A DNA stretch of 64,000 nt, taken from Raillietiella orientalis (Eukaryota). The notes under the pieces are model-generated. The model was not told the origin of the DNA. It saw only the letters and a list, made by a program, of their open reading frames with translations, and did no database searches. Of the stretch, positions 26,640 through 39,899 are shown piece after piece (positions within the stretch are counted from its first letter, which is position 1; each line of letters starts with the position of its first letter). A program made the position numbers and the translations under genes. Location: the NCBI GenBank assembly GCA_036172245.1, contig JAYWIR010000002.1, positions 6,386,001-6,450,000 of the forward strand, written 5' to 3'.

Positions 26640-28760
26640 TTTTCAGTTTGCGGGGAACGTCAAAGTTTCCAGACGCGGAGGAGAAGAGGAAGGGCAGCAA
26701 GTTCTTAGGGGGGGGTCCAGGTTGATTGGATCGTTTATTGGGCGGCAGCGGCTGTTGGCCAGGGAGCGAAGGGCGGCTCCGTTGTCCACCAACTCTCTCG
26801 CCGAGCTGCGGGGAGGCTGGACCGAGTCGATGCGGATTGGAAACTCTCTGGTCCGCTTCCTCGACGCGCGGATTCCGCATGCCGGGAAGGAAGAACGTGC
26901 TCCTCCAAAGGAGAGCGACACAAGTTGTCATCTCAGCATCTATTGATCGCCCCGGCTTCTTGTGTGGAGGACGGAGCGGTGGAAGACTGGAAATGAATCT
27001 AGAGCGAAATATGAGACCGCATCGAGAGATTCGTCGTCGGGGGATGACTAGCAGCAACTTCGCAGACTCCACGGAACCCGCTAATTTGTATAATGAAAAT
27101 CCAAGGCGGGAACTTGTGAAAAAAAAAGAAAAGCTCTCCGCGGACGAGACGAGATCAGGGAGCAAGATAGCAGCGGAGGAACGGGAAGGAGGGAGGGGAG
27201 GGGCGGGTAAGGAGAAGAGCGAGGATTACGTAAAGGCCATTAATTGAATTCCGGAACTGGTTCTAATTATCTTTGATGAATTTGTTGCCGGGCCATGCCC
27301 GCACTGCCTCCCGAAGACGTCTAGAGCTCCGCGGAAAAGAGGAGCTGACCGGGGATGCGAGCGCATGCGATGCGCCGTCGTCCATTCGTGGTTTCTCCCC
27401 AGCTTCGGGAGCAGCCAGCCAGTCTCACATCCGTCGCGAGGCAGAGTCGGTGGAAGCCGCATTCTCACGGCGCCGTGACGGCATGTGCCAGGCCGGATAT
27501 GCCCCTCGTGTGACGAATCGCCCGGTGCGGACCTCTGCGTGAAGCCGTGCGTGGATCCCCCTGGCCTTCCTTGGCGAAGTGGCAGGCGCGAAGAGGAAAC
27601 CCTCGCCTTGAAGGTGAGATGAGTGTTCTGTTCAGATTTCGCCAGAGACGCGAACCGGAAGGAGTGAGACTGGCATTGCAACTCACCGAGATCATCCCCC
27701 CCGTTCGCGCTCGGGAGCAGCCGGCGTCGAGAGTTTCTCGGAAGTAACTGACGCTCCGTTCTCTTCATGTGACACCTCCTCGGATACGCCGCACATTCTA
27801 TTCGGTACTTTCGGCAGCAGCATCTGCACCGAGTGCCGCACCTCGCACTGTCCGGAGACTCGCAAAAAGTCAGTCCTGAAAATAAGCCTTGGCGATAACA
27901 CTGCATCCTGGTCCAATGCCATCCATCTCCCTGGAGCTCCATCATTGGTCTTGGGCATTTTCGAAACGTAAGCATTTTGCCGTTTGAAGCCCGCATTCCT
28001 GCCTCTTGCTGCGCTGGAGAGAGAGAGAGAGAAAGATTCTCGGGACAAGGGAAAGGGAAAGGGAAAGCAGGGAAAGCGCCCTCACCGTTCTGCGGCGTCT
28101 GTGGCAGAACGCCTTCCGTCCGAGCCCGGTCCCTCTGTCCACTCGTATGCCCTTGGGTGACTCGTCTTTCCAGAGTGCTTCTGATGTGTGGAGGAGGGGA
28201 GGGTTGAGTCTGTTGAGGGGGAATCGGACGGCGCGGGGATTCGCGTGTGCTTGGCGGTGGACCCTGTGATGACGTCACGAAGGCAGCCGGACGTTGCCTC
28301 AACGGCTGGCTGCTGGCTGCAACGAGACGAAGAAGGAAGAAGTACCGATCGTCCCGGGGCTCGTTCCCGCGTCCGCAGCCTTCTGGAGCAGCTCGTTCTT
28401 GAACCCCCATCAGCGTCCGCCCGACCTCGGTGCTCCATTGGCAACTGTGGCACAGAAGACGGGTGCCGCCGCTGTGCACGCCACCTGCACTTTCGTCGAG
28501 CGGAAAAAGCAAGAAAAAAAGGGGGGTGGTGGGCGGGGTGGGAAAGCGAGTGGTTTGGAAAGTGGGCACGACTCCGCTCGGACCAAGCGAGAGAGCTCCC
28601 TTTCTGCGCGTCCTCCCATCACTCCCACGGGAAAAACCCGAGAGTGCCTCGGAATGCTTTGGCGGAAGCACGCTACACCATCGTTGAGGATTCCCGTCCG
28701 CGAGAGCGGAAGACCATTTTTCTCCGATCCGGAACCGTGAGAAGCATTGTGAGTAACGCT
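26640..28760 (-). mobile_element. Decayed Gypsy family B element (gag-PR-RT)
   Basis: Within and around ORF 27226..28764: PLFFLLFP, RASNGKMLTF...WHW...GLTF (cf. AANG.I...W.F..ILG.DF), GHIRPG, and further downstream PPPKNLLPFL. Confidence 0.45.
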
Positions 28761-28999
28761 GCATACACCGACCCCCTCCTCCCCGACGTTTTTCTGTCTA
28801 CGGAAATGTAGAACGGCGTGGATTCCAGGGCGAGGCCACATTAATCACTTCCTCATCTCCTTCTCTCGGCCTGGAGAGATGCGCTCGAAACGACTTTCCA
28901 TGTTTCATGCGGGCGCGATGGGCATCGCGCGCGCGTCAGCCGGGATAAATGACGCAACGTGGTGCATTAATATGCCCGGAAATGGCGATTTTATGATCC

Positions 29000-29500
29000 G
29001 TGGTGGTGACGAAGGTCGCGAGCTAGGAGCTTCTGGGAGCTTGCGACCTCAGCTGGTACGCGGTCGACACAACACGTGCTCTCTCCTTCTTCACCCGGGT
29101 CATCTTTCGAAGGCACCCTCCGCACAACCGGAAAGGCGTGCTGCGAGCCCGGAATTTCACGGCGTCCCGAGAGTCCGACTGGATGAAAACGGGACGCTCT
29201 GAGAAGGATTTCGCGCGCTTTCGTCTTGCTTGGGGCTGACTTCGCATTCAGCGCATGGGGAGAGCGCACGTGACTGCTGAGAGTCAGAGAGCCCACCGAC
29301 GGTTCTTGTCACGGTCCCGGGCTATCCAGATGCGGAACAACTTGCTCGAGCCCGCGTCAGAGTGTACCAGAAAACTTCCGCTTCCCGAAACGCATGAACT
29401 CGTCTTCGGACTGCCGCGGTGCTGCTGCTGTCCTTTGCAGGCATCTCGGCTGGTGCGTATCGAAGCAGTTTTCAGGCACAAGTGCCGTCATCGATCAGAA
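29000..29500 (-). mobile_element. Decayed Gypsy integrase core fragment
   Basis: RRVHA..GSFLVHSDAGSSK (cf. RVH.DF.GP..G..FL..VDA.SK) and PVFIQSD...VSTAYQLRSQ (cf. I.SD.G..F...STAYHPQSQG). Confidence 0.55.
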
Positions 29501-32500
29501 TCCTCGGATGACATCCATCTGCGGGCGGACATGGAAATGAAGTAGCCATCAGTTTGGATACAACCTTCTATCCTTTGTCAATCCAGTCGCTGAGAGGAGG
29601 AGGGTATTTCTGTGGCTTCTCTGCTTTCGGAGGGGAGTCTGGACTTCACGTGATCGGGAGAGCTCCTTTCTTCAGAAGAATTCCTTAATTTTTTTTTTCC
29701 TTTCTTTCTTTTTCTTTGTTTTCGTTTTTTCTTCTCCTTCCCTTCCTCGTTCAATTCGGGCGCCGCACACGGGATATCGACTCGGCAAGAAAGAAAAAAG
29801 TTAAAAAGGAGCACTGGATAAGAATGCACTTTGGGTTCTGCTGTTTGTCTGATGCGAATTGAGGTTGCTCCTGTCTACATTTTGAAATTTCAAGCGACCG
29901 GGGCTCGAGGGAGAGGGAAGAGAAAAAAGAATATGGGAACGATCAGATTTTTTCCTTGGAATGGCTTCTGGAATGCTTCTACGGTCTCCAGCAGTCGTTC
30001 CTCGCAACCTTGGAAAGAAGAGGAAAGAGATGCCGAGAGAGAGGTTCAGGACAGACGGGATATTTGATCTGATCTAGTGATCTCGGCCCTGTCCACAAAT
30101 TTCAGTAAAAAAGAAAAAAGAAATAACGCTTCATTGTGTGATTAATTTATCGTTTCTGGAGCTCAAGTAGTAGATCAAGCTGTCCGCAGTACATTACTTC
30201 CGGTTCCACATCCACACTATGCGGCAGAGGTACGGAGGTCTATCTTCCAATTCCTGCTTATTTAAAATATGCCTTTCCACCGCTCGCAAATCCTCAAGGC
30301 TTTCTCTTTTTGGATCCTGTGTGCCGTATGACCATTAAAAAATATCCGGTTCCTTTCAGGGAAGCTGGAAAAATTGCGAAAGTGCATTAGATCTTATGAA
30401 ATTCGGTTCTTGCTCTACACTACCCTCCAAGAAAGCGAGAAATGGAAGCATCCAGGGATGCATTTCAAATTTCATTTGCTTCTTCTGTCGTCATCAAACG
30501 CGACAGGGGAGATTTTACGGCTTCAGTCATCAGCAAACAGAAAGAAGACAAAGAAAACTGTCCTGATGACCCGTTTGGTTCCCACAAATAAAATCTTCGA
30601 GCCGTTCAAAAATTAATGTCTCACTCGTGAAGAGAAATCACATTCAGATTCAGTAAGAATCCGATCTACAAATTATTCGGAGATGCTGTTGTCATGGTTT
30701 CGCGATGCGGATTTTCGAAAATCATAAATCTCAAATCAACCATTATTTCAGATTTATGGCTGTTCTATGGATTTTCTTGTCCACGCTTGCATCGATAAAA
30801 GTCATTCTTTTCCACATCGTGCCACACACCCTTCGGCAACCCGTTCGTTGGTATGCGTTAATGATCCTTTTCTGCTTCTTTCATGAGAGCTCATGTGGCT
30901 GCTACCTTTGAGAACGAAGTGTGAAGCAGCTTCCGTAGTATAACAAAAGGCTAGATCGGAAGATGAAGCAAATGCAAAAAAAAAAAAAAAAAGCAATTTT
31001 TTTTTCGCATTTCAAATTTGAAAAACGAGTTGGACGTTCTCTTGCAGATGGGTCTCCCTCACATCTGAATATCCTTTTTTTCCCTTCCCCCCCTCTCTCC
31101 CACATAATCAAGGAAATCAAAGAAGGAACAAAGAGTTTTTGCCAAATCACAAAAAGCTAACCCACCTTATTAATCATGCAGGCCGTGCGGTCATGTTCGG
31201 AGATAATTTATAGCAGCAGTGCAGAGTTCACGCGCTGCAAAATAAACAACTCAATCTGCGAAGGATGGCTTCACCAGCCCGTGTCCCAATCTCCAGCCCA
31301 GGACATCACCTGTGAACATTCCGTAAACGAATTCAGGCAGCTTCCTTCGCTGAAACATGCATCAATCTTGATGATTTCTCCATTAGTCGTCTGAAAATGG
31401 TTTAGCATTCATATGCAACAAATAATACTGATTATTGCATTTCGGGGAGAGACGAATGCAAGAGGTTCTTGTAAATCATTCATTCTTCCATCACAAGTGC
31501 CTTGAGCAGCAGCAACGGACTCTCCGAAAAGGAAGCTGGTACTTTTGCGAAAACCAAGGAAGGAAAGCAGACCGATGGGTGTGTCTTCGGATGCGACGAA
31601 GATACATCCTTTATTGGTCTGAAAATTCAACTGAAATTTCCTCTAAAGAGGAACAGTTGTTTGAGACATCCTTCCTCGTCAAACAAAAGATAGCCGTAGA
31701 CATCACTGAATGACTGCATTAGACGTCGGTGCGAAAGAGAGCAGCACCACAGGACTTTCAACACAGTCTGCCCTGAGGGAGAAAGCAACTTATCGCTGTT
31801 GACTAGGCAACGATGGTTCAAGTCACCAGAGAAACCGAAATCGGCTTTGTAACCAAATACTTCCAATCGACCCCATACTTTGGCCTACTATCAGAGTTTT
31901 GGGCTCTTGAATGCAGTTCCAAAAATCACTCTAATAGAATTAGAGAATTTTCTGGTAAAAGGAATTTTCCGGCATTGCTTTACAGAAAAGTTGATGTAAG
32001 AATCTTCAAAATCCAAGGCACCATTTTCAATATCCTGGGGACTCTCGGCGTAGGATTCAAAGGATTCGAAGGGGGGTTCAAAGGATGCCCGCAATCGAAG
32101 CTTTCAGTCACCACGGGTGTGATGATTGCATTGTGATGATGTTGCAACCAGATACTTCCGAGATTGATTCTCTAGTAGCGGGCGTACCTTCCTAAGTGTC
32201 TCTTGGAGGATGGAGCATATGCATCTCCAGGCAACGAGCTACCCAAGATGGAATTCTCGATTTCGAGAAGGCCAAATCGTCACGTGTGAGGCACCGAGCA
32301 GACCTGCCTCGAGCTCACTGTAAACATCAGGTGGGCTCGTTTGCACAGATTCACGGATAACAGCTGCGTGCATTCACACCACAAACTTGACCACAGAAGG
32401 TTAGGTTAGGTAGAGATCACGAAAGAGAAACTGACCCATTGCAAGAATCTAAAGAACATGAAAGTCGGTATCCAGAAATTTCAAGCAGCAGACATGCATT

Positions 32501-34684
32501 TTAATTGAAGATTAGTTATGCACGAGGAAATCCAGACATGTGTTTAAACTTTATGTGGTGCGGAGGAAACCAGGGATTCCTTGTAGTTCAAAGATTCGGC
32601 AAACAGTCCCTTCCTCGCACAGAGAGAGAAATGTTCTGTGACAAAGGACCAGATGTTTGAACTTCCTCGAGCTGCTATGCAAAAACTCAAGAATCAACAT
32701 TTACTGCTTGAACATTTTCAGTGTCTGCAATCCTGGATCAATGTGTGAACTTTCAGTGGTGTCTGAGAGATTTCAGGAAGGTTTTCTTGCTTTCATGCTG
32801 AGTTCTTCGGTTGGATTCGAAGGAGACCTTCCTTTCCACGGAAGTGTGGGGAGAACTTGTGCACAGAAATGCACCATCATTTTACCTTCATCCCTAGTGC
32901 TGCATCCTCGAATTTCTGGGAAGGAAAAGGCATTTTGTTAAAAGCACCGAAATCGTGTTGCGCAGTAAAAGTGCATTGAGATTTAGCAACAGTTCCGATC
33001 ACTTACACCTAACCATCTATATCTGTGTGCGTGCTCTTTGAATCTCCTGATACGAGAGAGATGTTCAAAGTCGAAGACTAAATTTTGTTTCGAATCCGCC
33101 AAGATATTCTATTTGTCTTCCGTTCTCGGATTCGTTGGACTTCTTTTTGCTCTTTGATTGCCTTCCCTTCTGCGGCCCTGCCCTATTATTGAGGCGACAG
33201 ATCCAAGAAAAGAATGAACTCATGTACTGACTGTCCTTCTTCCTGGAAGACCATGTACTTGGAGTGGAGAAAGTTTGGTACGAACTCAAGTACCTCTGCT
33301 GCAATGCCGCTGGTGTTATTTCTGTCGATGGGATGACGATGAATTTTCTCTTGAATGACCCAGGCTTTTGCAGTCGAACTGCTGCATTGTGTGCAGTTTT
33401 GCGACACGGTGTTTTTTTTTCTCCCCTTTCGCTTGGGCTGAGGTCTCGTGGTCCACTAGCATCTGCTTCGGCAAATAAATGGGAGGTTCCCATTCAACCA
33501 AATCGCTTGCACTACGACGAGAGAATCACAGGGATAACGAGATGACCCTGACCGATGGAAGCGTGGAGCAACTGCACGCCAGCAACCCCAAAGAATCCTC
33601 CCCTAAGTCAGTGTTGATGGTGCTGCAGTTTTTTGAGACAGAGGATGCGAATACTTGCACAGATATGTGCACTCATGTGCCTATCTGCGAAAGCTTGCCC
33701 ATATAATCTGCGAGTGACGAGAACGCGCGTGTCGCTGCACACGGTTTTTTATGCATGCATGCATGCGTACATGCAAAACCTGCACGTACAAAGAGTCTAC
33801 AGGGAAAAGGCAGCTAGCGTAGTGTGTACACATAAGAATGCGGAGAGGCAGGAATGAGTAAGAAAGATCTTCCGTTTTGGATTCATGTGTCGAGTTCTTC
33901 ATCTTCTCGTTCCTCATCACGTACTTGAAGAACCAACTTCCATTACACATCACATGATAATGACGCTCATCTTTTCCCTGTTGTTTCCGCAGAGCATGGA
34001 GACAATGTTCGGGATGTTTCTGTTCACTAATAACAAGATAAGCATCCGCTTTTTATTGGACAAGGACTTTGTTAAACGACTATTGTGATGGGTAGAGGAA
34101 CAAACCTTTGTGTGAGGACGTTTTCATTTGAAAAAGCAGCCCAAGCATCCCCTTCACAGTTGCACTGCTAGTCAGACCATCATTCAGTCATTCCTCCAGC
34201 GATCTTCTGGTAAATGGGCGGAACGTAATACCAGCGGGAGTCATAATGGCTAATTCATATTCGCTTTCCTTGCTCGAGGAATTTTCTTGTTTCCAAATCA
34301 CTGAAGGCAAACTTGAAAATGGCCGTGGGACTCCGTTCCTGCTAATGGCGGAATGACTGGTTGTCCTTCGTGCTCGAACGGAGGACCCAGCTCGCGCACG
34401 AAGGGCATTGCCTTCCTCGCTCGACTCCGTCGCGCGCTCCGTTGCCGGGGACTGACGTACTCGTAGGGCGGCGGTGCCAACCGCAAGGAGAAGGTCCTTC
34501 CGGCATCACGGAATGGCAGCGCACTGGGAACCTCTTCTCCTCGGACATGGGGCCACAATGCGGTCAGAGCATGAGGCATGTGCAGACAGCAGAAGAGCGG
34601 CCTCCTTCTCATGAATCTTCCGACGTCAACGAGGATAGGTCACACTGCCGTTCTTCGGGTAGCTAAAAAGGGTTTCCAGAGCTT

Positions 34685-34875
34685 TCCTCATCACCATTTC
34701 CTCCTCCCCTTCTTCTCCTTCTCCTGTTATCCACCTCTCTTTCTCCTTCTCCTCTTACTCTTCCCTTCTTCTTCTTCTTCTGCCTCCTCCTCCTTCTCCT
34801 CCTTTCTTCCACATCCTTTTCTCCTTCTCTTCCTCTTCCTCCTTCTCTCGACCACCTCCCTTCCACTTTTTTCTC
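34685..34875. repeat. CT-rich low-complexity (polypyrimidine) tract
   Basis: Degenerate CTT/CTC repeats, almost no purines. Confidence 0.9.
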
Positions 34876-35299
34876 GATGGAGCTTAAAATTTCTGAAAGG
34901 GTGAGGATGAGGGGACGGAGAAAAAGGGAGAAACGTCTACGAAAAATCAAGGAAGGAGAGATGAAGTGAGGAAGGTGGAATGAGGAAGGTCAGATGCGGG
35001 CAGTAATGGAAGGTGTATAGATCCTTGAGCTTTTTCCCGTGTCTGGGAGAAGGAAGCTTCGTCCTGTTGCCAGCCCCAGATGTCCCAAAGATGATTGCCG
35101 CGGCGGAATTGACCAATCCTTTCCCTTCCGCCCACCTTGTCTTCCACCCTTTTCCAGCACCCCTTCGCTCTGGTTCTTCTCGCGTGCTCTTAAGCCCTTG
35201 GCTTTCCTGGGCTCCTAAATAGGAACCCGGGCAGGCTGACGAGGTGGAAGGAGGACATCTCTCCTCCATTTTCTAGTGAACCAGCCGGTTGCGAAGGTG

Positions 35300-38040
35300 T
35301 AGGAGTCGTGGAAAAGACGCGTTCTGACCCCGGGGATCGTCCCACAGTGTCGCCTTGGAGTCTCTGTCGGGAAGCGTAGCCGTGGGGAGGTAACGAAGTG
35401 CAGCATCTTCGAGGTACGGCAACACGACCCGCGACGGGATTCAGGGAGAAGAATGAGTGAACCCGCCTGCACTTCCCTCTAAACTCAAAGGAAGGGGCGG
35501 GAGGAGATCATTCGAGGGAGGAAGGAGGTGGCTGTGCCTCTGCAATTCGGCGCGGGATTTCCCCGTGACACGAGAACGGTGACCCTCTTAGAGGTCGGGT
35601 AGCCAGGGTTCCGAGATGGACCCCATCAATTGTTTCTGGGCCGCGGTCCCCGAAGTCGCCGAACCCACGAAGGAAGGGTTGGTGTTTCTGACCGTCAAGA
35701 AGACCCCCGCTAGTAGCGGACAGCTCCAGTACGCTCTCCTGTAGCTGGCGTCTGCTTCCGGCTTGTTGAGGTGGTGTCGATCGCGATGCCGTGAGACAAG
35801 ATAGTGCCCCTCCGGGAACCAAAGCGTGCGGTCCCCCGTTCGCGACATTCGGAAGAACTCTGAGGAGCGGTCCGGGTGCCGATCTCGTCCGTTCTGCAGA
35901 AGAACGCTCACCTCTGCACCTTCCGCACCCCTTCGCAGACCTCTCCCGGATTTGCAAAGGATCCCTGCTCCCTTGAGCTTGGGGAGAATAAACCCCACAG
36001 GGAGAGGTGAGCGGATCGTGCGATGGGGTCGTCCATAACTCAGAGAGGCGGATTCGTCAGAGGCTGCTGCCGCAGAGTCTTCGCCACGAGATTCCCCCGT
36101 GAGCCGAGAAGCCGATGTGCCCTTCCAGAGCTGCTGCAGTAGGCGGAGAGCCTTTAGCACGTCCTTCCGAAGAGGGAAGGACGATATTCCGTCTGTCGCC
36201 TGCCTCTCTCGTCCTACCCTCGAAGAACGTGTTCTTCTCCTTCCCCTCTTGTCTACCTCCTTCCCTTTTTTTCTTCTTTCCACTTCTTTCCTTCCTACTT
36301 TGCTCTCCTCTCTTCCGCCTTCCGAGCTCCCCTGGAAGCAGCCGCGGCGAGGATGCTGCCTTCCTGTGCTCCGGCGGTTTATCGCACCTTCCCGGCTCGC
36401 TCGAGCGGCGCCTGAGGCACCTGCATCCTCCCGGGAACAGGGCAGGAAGTGACGGAGGACCTTTGGGTTGATGGAGCGCTGCTCTTGCCCTTTGCCGTGT
36501 CTGTCTCAAGGTTCGCGTCTGCACACGCCTCCAACCCTTTTGGGGGGCTCAACTAAGTCTGTCGGCACTCCTCTTCCGTCCCTCTCCTAGCCAGGGGAGA
36601 GGCAGAGGACATCCACCCTCAAGGCATGAAATGGTTCCCCTTTTCACACGAGGAAGTTCCTGCTCTCCGTTCCTGACTCTGCGATCTTCCTGGTGCCACC
36701 ACGCATCCTGCTCAAGGTCACTTACCCTAGCGTCTGCTCACCGGCAACTTCCCTGGATCGAGTTCAGATGGCAGAAGCTCCGCGTCCAAGTCTCCTCTCT
36801 CTCCTTCGAGTTCGTAGGGATAAGGATGAGGGAGAAACACCGGAAGTCTCCATTCCGCTCCGGCGCTCCTGAAACTAGCCGCTGAGGACGCCAGCGCTGG
36901 GTTTGCCCTTGCTGCCCCACTCTCCCCGCCGTCAGGGAGACCGTTTCCTCCTTACCCACCTGCCTTCCCGTCGCCTCAGGCATTCCGCTCCTCGCGTCAG
37001 CTCCGAGATCGCCGCACCATGGTCCCTCCTGGGAGCTGCGCAACCTCCGAAGCTGCTCTTCCTCTCGTTCCGTCGTCTTTCCAGAGGCGCGGTGAATGTC
37101 CTCAGGGCAGCTGCTTCCTGGCTTAGGTGGAGCGCGCCCACCCCGTGAGGGAAAGAGCGTCGTCGTCGTGGGTGGATCCTCTCGGCCACGTGAGCTTCCC
37201 TTCGCGCTCGTCCCTCCACTTTCCCCACGGAGAGAGAGGTGGGGTTCTCCCTATTCACAGTCCGAAAGGCACAGACAGGCCCCCGAGGAATCCCGTGGTC
37301 GTTGACCGGGGCGGAACCCATGAACAACAATCAGCTAGGGTGCGGAGAGAAGGTCTTGACCCACATGGAAGGACGGAGATCGGGACGAAGGATGTTTCCT
37401 ATGCCCCTGGGGATTCCCAGAGGGCAGGGCCGGCTTCCCTGGAGAAGAGGCCGCTCCATCGGTGCTGATGACCCGAGCTGCTGCGGATATCGCTTCGAGG
37501 AGAACGGAGGGAGGATGCACTTTCTTTGATCCCAATCGCACAGATGGAGCTCTCAAGGAGCAGAGCTCGCTGACCGGGTTAGCAAGCTCCCCTGCCCGCG
37601 AGTCTTTGTTGCCCTTTCGGGTCTCAGTCGCTCCGGCTCGCATTGGAGACTGAACGTGACGGGAGAACAGGAAAAGGAACAGCGGAAAGAGCGCGTTTCT
37701 GAGAACTTCCTTGAGATCGAGGGTCATGCCCAGGTCAGAAGAGAGGGCATCGCTGAGTTTCAAGCCCCCAAGGGATCGGTGTGACCAGGGAGCGAGCGCT
37801 CCCAGATTGCCACGAACGTGACCTCCAGGGAGCCGCTGCTGTCGCCGTAGGTCCCAGGCGCAGCGGGACACTGAGAAGGGAGGGCTGCATTGGGAAGCAG
37901 GCGATCGGTAGGCCATTCCCTCCCGCGCGAGCGTCGCAGATGCGGAGACTTCTCTCCTCGAAGATAGCACCCAGCACCACCGGCGTTGCCCTCCGGACTC
38001 CAAGGTCAGGGCTCCTTTGTGCGGCTCCCCCGCGAGAGTT
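35300..38040 (-). mobile_element. Decayed Gypsy family A element, PR-RT-RH-INT
   Basis: Ordered remnants: RSLGGLKL..LDLKEVLRNALF (~37700), GIPRGPVCAFRTVNRENP (~37270; cf. PPKGLIPLMAV.Q.NK), EGHYLVS..RRAYW (~35780), QAGSLILL..CCRTS..TPRRH (~35400). Confidence 0.5.
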
Positions 38041-38051
38041 TGGTATCACTG

Positions 38052-38405
38052 GGCGGGAGGATGAGAAAAATAAAGAGGAAGGGAAGGAGTAAGGAGGAGG
38101 AAAAAGGAAGGAGGGGGATAAACTTGTGAAAGGGAAGGAGAGAGTGGAAACTGAGGAGGAGGAGGAGAAGAAGAAGGAAGTGGGGAGAAGAGAGGAGGGA
38201 GAGAGAAGGAGGATAAACGAGAGGGAGGGAAGGAGGAGGAATAACGGAGGAGGTGGATGAGAAAAAAGCCGATGATGAGGGGGAAATAAAAAGAGGTGGA
38301 GCAGGAAAAGAGGAGGAAGTGGACAAAGATGAAGAGAAAGGGGGAGGGAGATGAGAAGGAGGAGTAAGGGGGAGGAGGAAGGGGGAAGAGTGGAAGACCA
38401 AGAGA
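38052..38405. repeat. GA-rich low-complexity (polypurine) tract
   Basis: ~350 bp of degenerate GAG/GGA/AAG repeats. Confidence 0.9.
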
Positions 38406-38549
38406 CACATGATTCTTAAAAAACTTTATCTTTTGCAGTTATGCGCAAGAGGAACGTCGCCGGAAATGATCTGGTACTGTTAGAGATAATAACGATCACG
38501 GTGTTTTCCTCGTGGGTCCATTTGGTGCACAGCAAAGGTAATCCTTGAA

Positions 38550-39790
38550 GACGCGCAACCGCTGTCGCCATCCTTCTTCCCGTCGCTCCCTGCCCTCCAC
38601 ACGCATGTGCTCCCGGGAGAAGCCACAACCACGCTGCAGGGTCGATAGCCGCTCAGGAAGAGGTAGACCGCGCGGGACACAGCCCATGTCCTCCCAGCCG
38701 CCTTTCCCGGACCCCGGTGGCCTCGCTTCACTCTCTGCTCCCCCGCATCGATGGGGTCTCAGCCGCTCTGGCCAGCCACAGGGATTGGACCCAGGAGAAC
38801 ATCGCGCCGATGCGTCCCTTCTGGTCCTGAGGGGAAGGTCGGATGGACGGTCCGTCGGGGCAGGGCGGAAGGCCCGAGGCTGCGAAGAATCGCCCAGCAC
38901 GAGATGTGCCCGCCGCCCGCTGTGCGTTGCGATTTGCTCACTGGGAGAAGCAGAGTGCTGCCCCCGATCCAAGTTCTCCTCACCAAACGGAGACGCATCC
39001 TTTCTGTTCAGAGACGGAAGCTGCGAGTGGAGCTTTCCCTTTTGCTTTCTCCTTCCCCTTCCCCCTTGTCCTTCCGGCCGAGCCGGTCCAGGCAAGCGCG
39101 CGTCTCCGTGCATCACTGATCTCCGAGGTGCTTCGTGCGGCGGACGCAGGCAGCACCTCGGGGCGGCTTCGCCTTGAAGTCCTCGTCCAGGTATGCCGCA
39201 GTGCGGGACGCTCGTACGTCGGGCAGCGGAGGCGTCATCAACGCAAAGACTGGGATCCCTCGTCCCGAGGGAGCACCTTGTCCCGACCGACGCCGGCGCT
39301 TCTATGGCCGTGTTTTCGGCGGCCGCTAACATTTAGGAGCCTCCAAGAGCGTTTCCTTCGCTTCGCTGTCTCTGTTTGCGTCCGGAGCCCCCGTAATTGG
39401 CACAGGCACGGTGCGTGGCCCAAAACCCCGGAGGACGTTCCCTTTCTGAGACTTGAGTTCTTCCTCCCTCCGCTCCCTTACTCATTGTCACGCTGTCGGC
39501 TTTCTCGGATTCCTCGCTGGGGTACGGAGTCCTCCGGCAAGGTCGCCGCGACTGGGGGTCGGCAGGCCTGCTCGTTCGGGTGGGCTCGAGTTTTCGATTC
39601 TTTCAGGCGTGTCCCGTGCGACCGAGGAAACTGGTAAGGACACAAACGTGGGAAACCGTCGGTGGTGGTGGTCCTCCTGCGACCACCGCCATCTCCACCA
39701 GCACGGTGGCTTTTTCCCACGTTCACCATCCCGTGAAGTTCGTGGATACCCAAGTGCCTCGGTTGGGAGAACACTCGCTTCGAAACTGCG
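38550..39790 (+). mobile_element. Decayed Gypsy family A fragment, RNase H-integrase
   Basis: ADASLLVL..AQHEM (cf. DASS.A.GV...HIN.AELD), HH*SPRCFVRRT..VLVQVC (HHCC finger), RFAVS..HGAWP..FLRLEF..RWG, NVGNRRWW. Confidence 0.55.
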
Positions 39791-39899
39791 CACACCACTA
39801 ATTAATTAAGTGAACGGCAGCAGTCTCGTCGCATCATGCGATCCTCGATGGGCGTTAATCACAGAGTTGCATCCAACAGATGCAAATTATAGATTTCTT

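Noticed and set aside
32398..32411. (TTAGG)2 arthropod telomere-like repeat
   Set aside because: Only two units; expected by chance.
38006..38410. Ser/Pro/Leu-rich ORFs (also 34578-34950)
   Set aside because: Artefacts of low-complexity purine/pyrimidine tracts.
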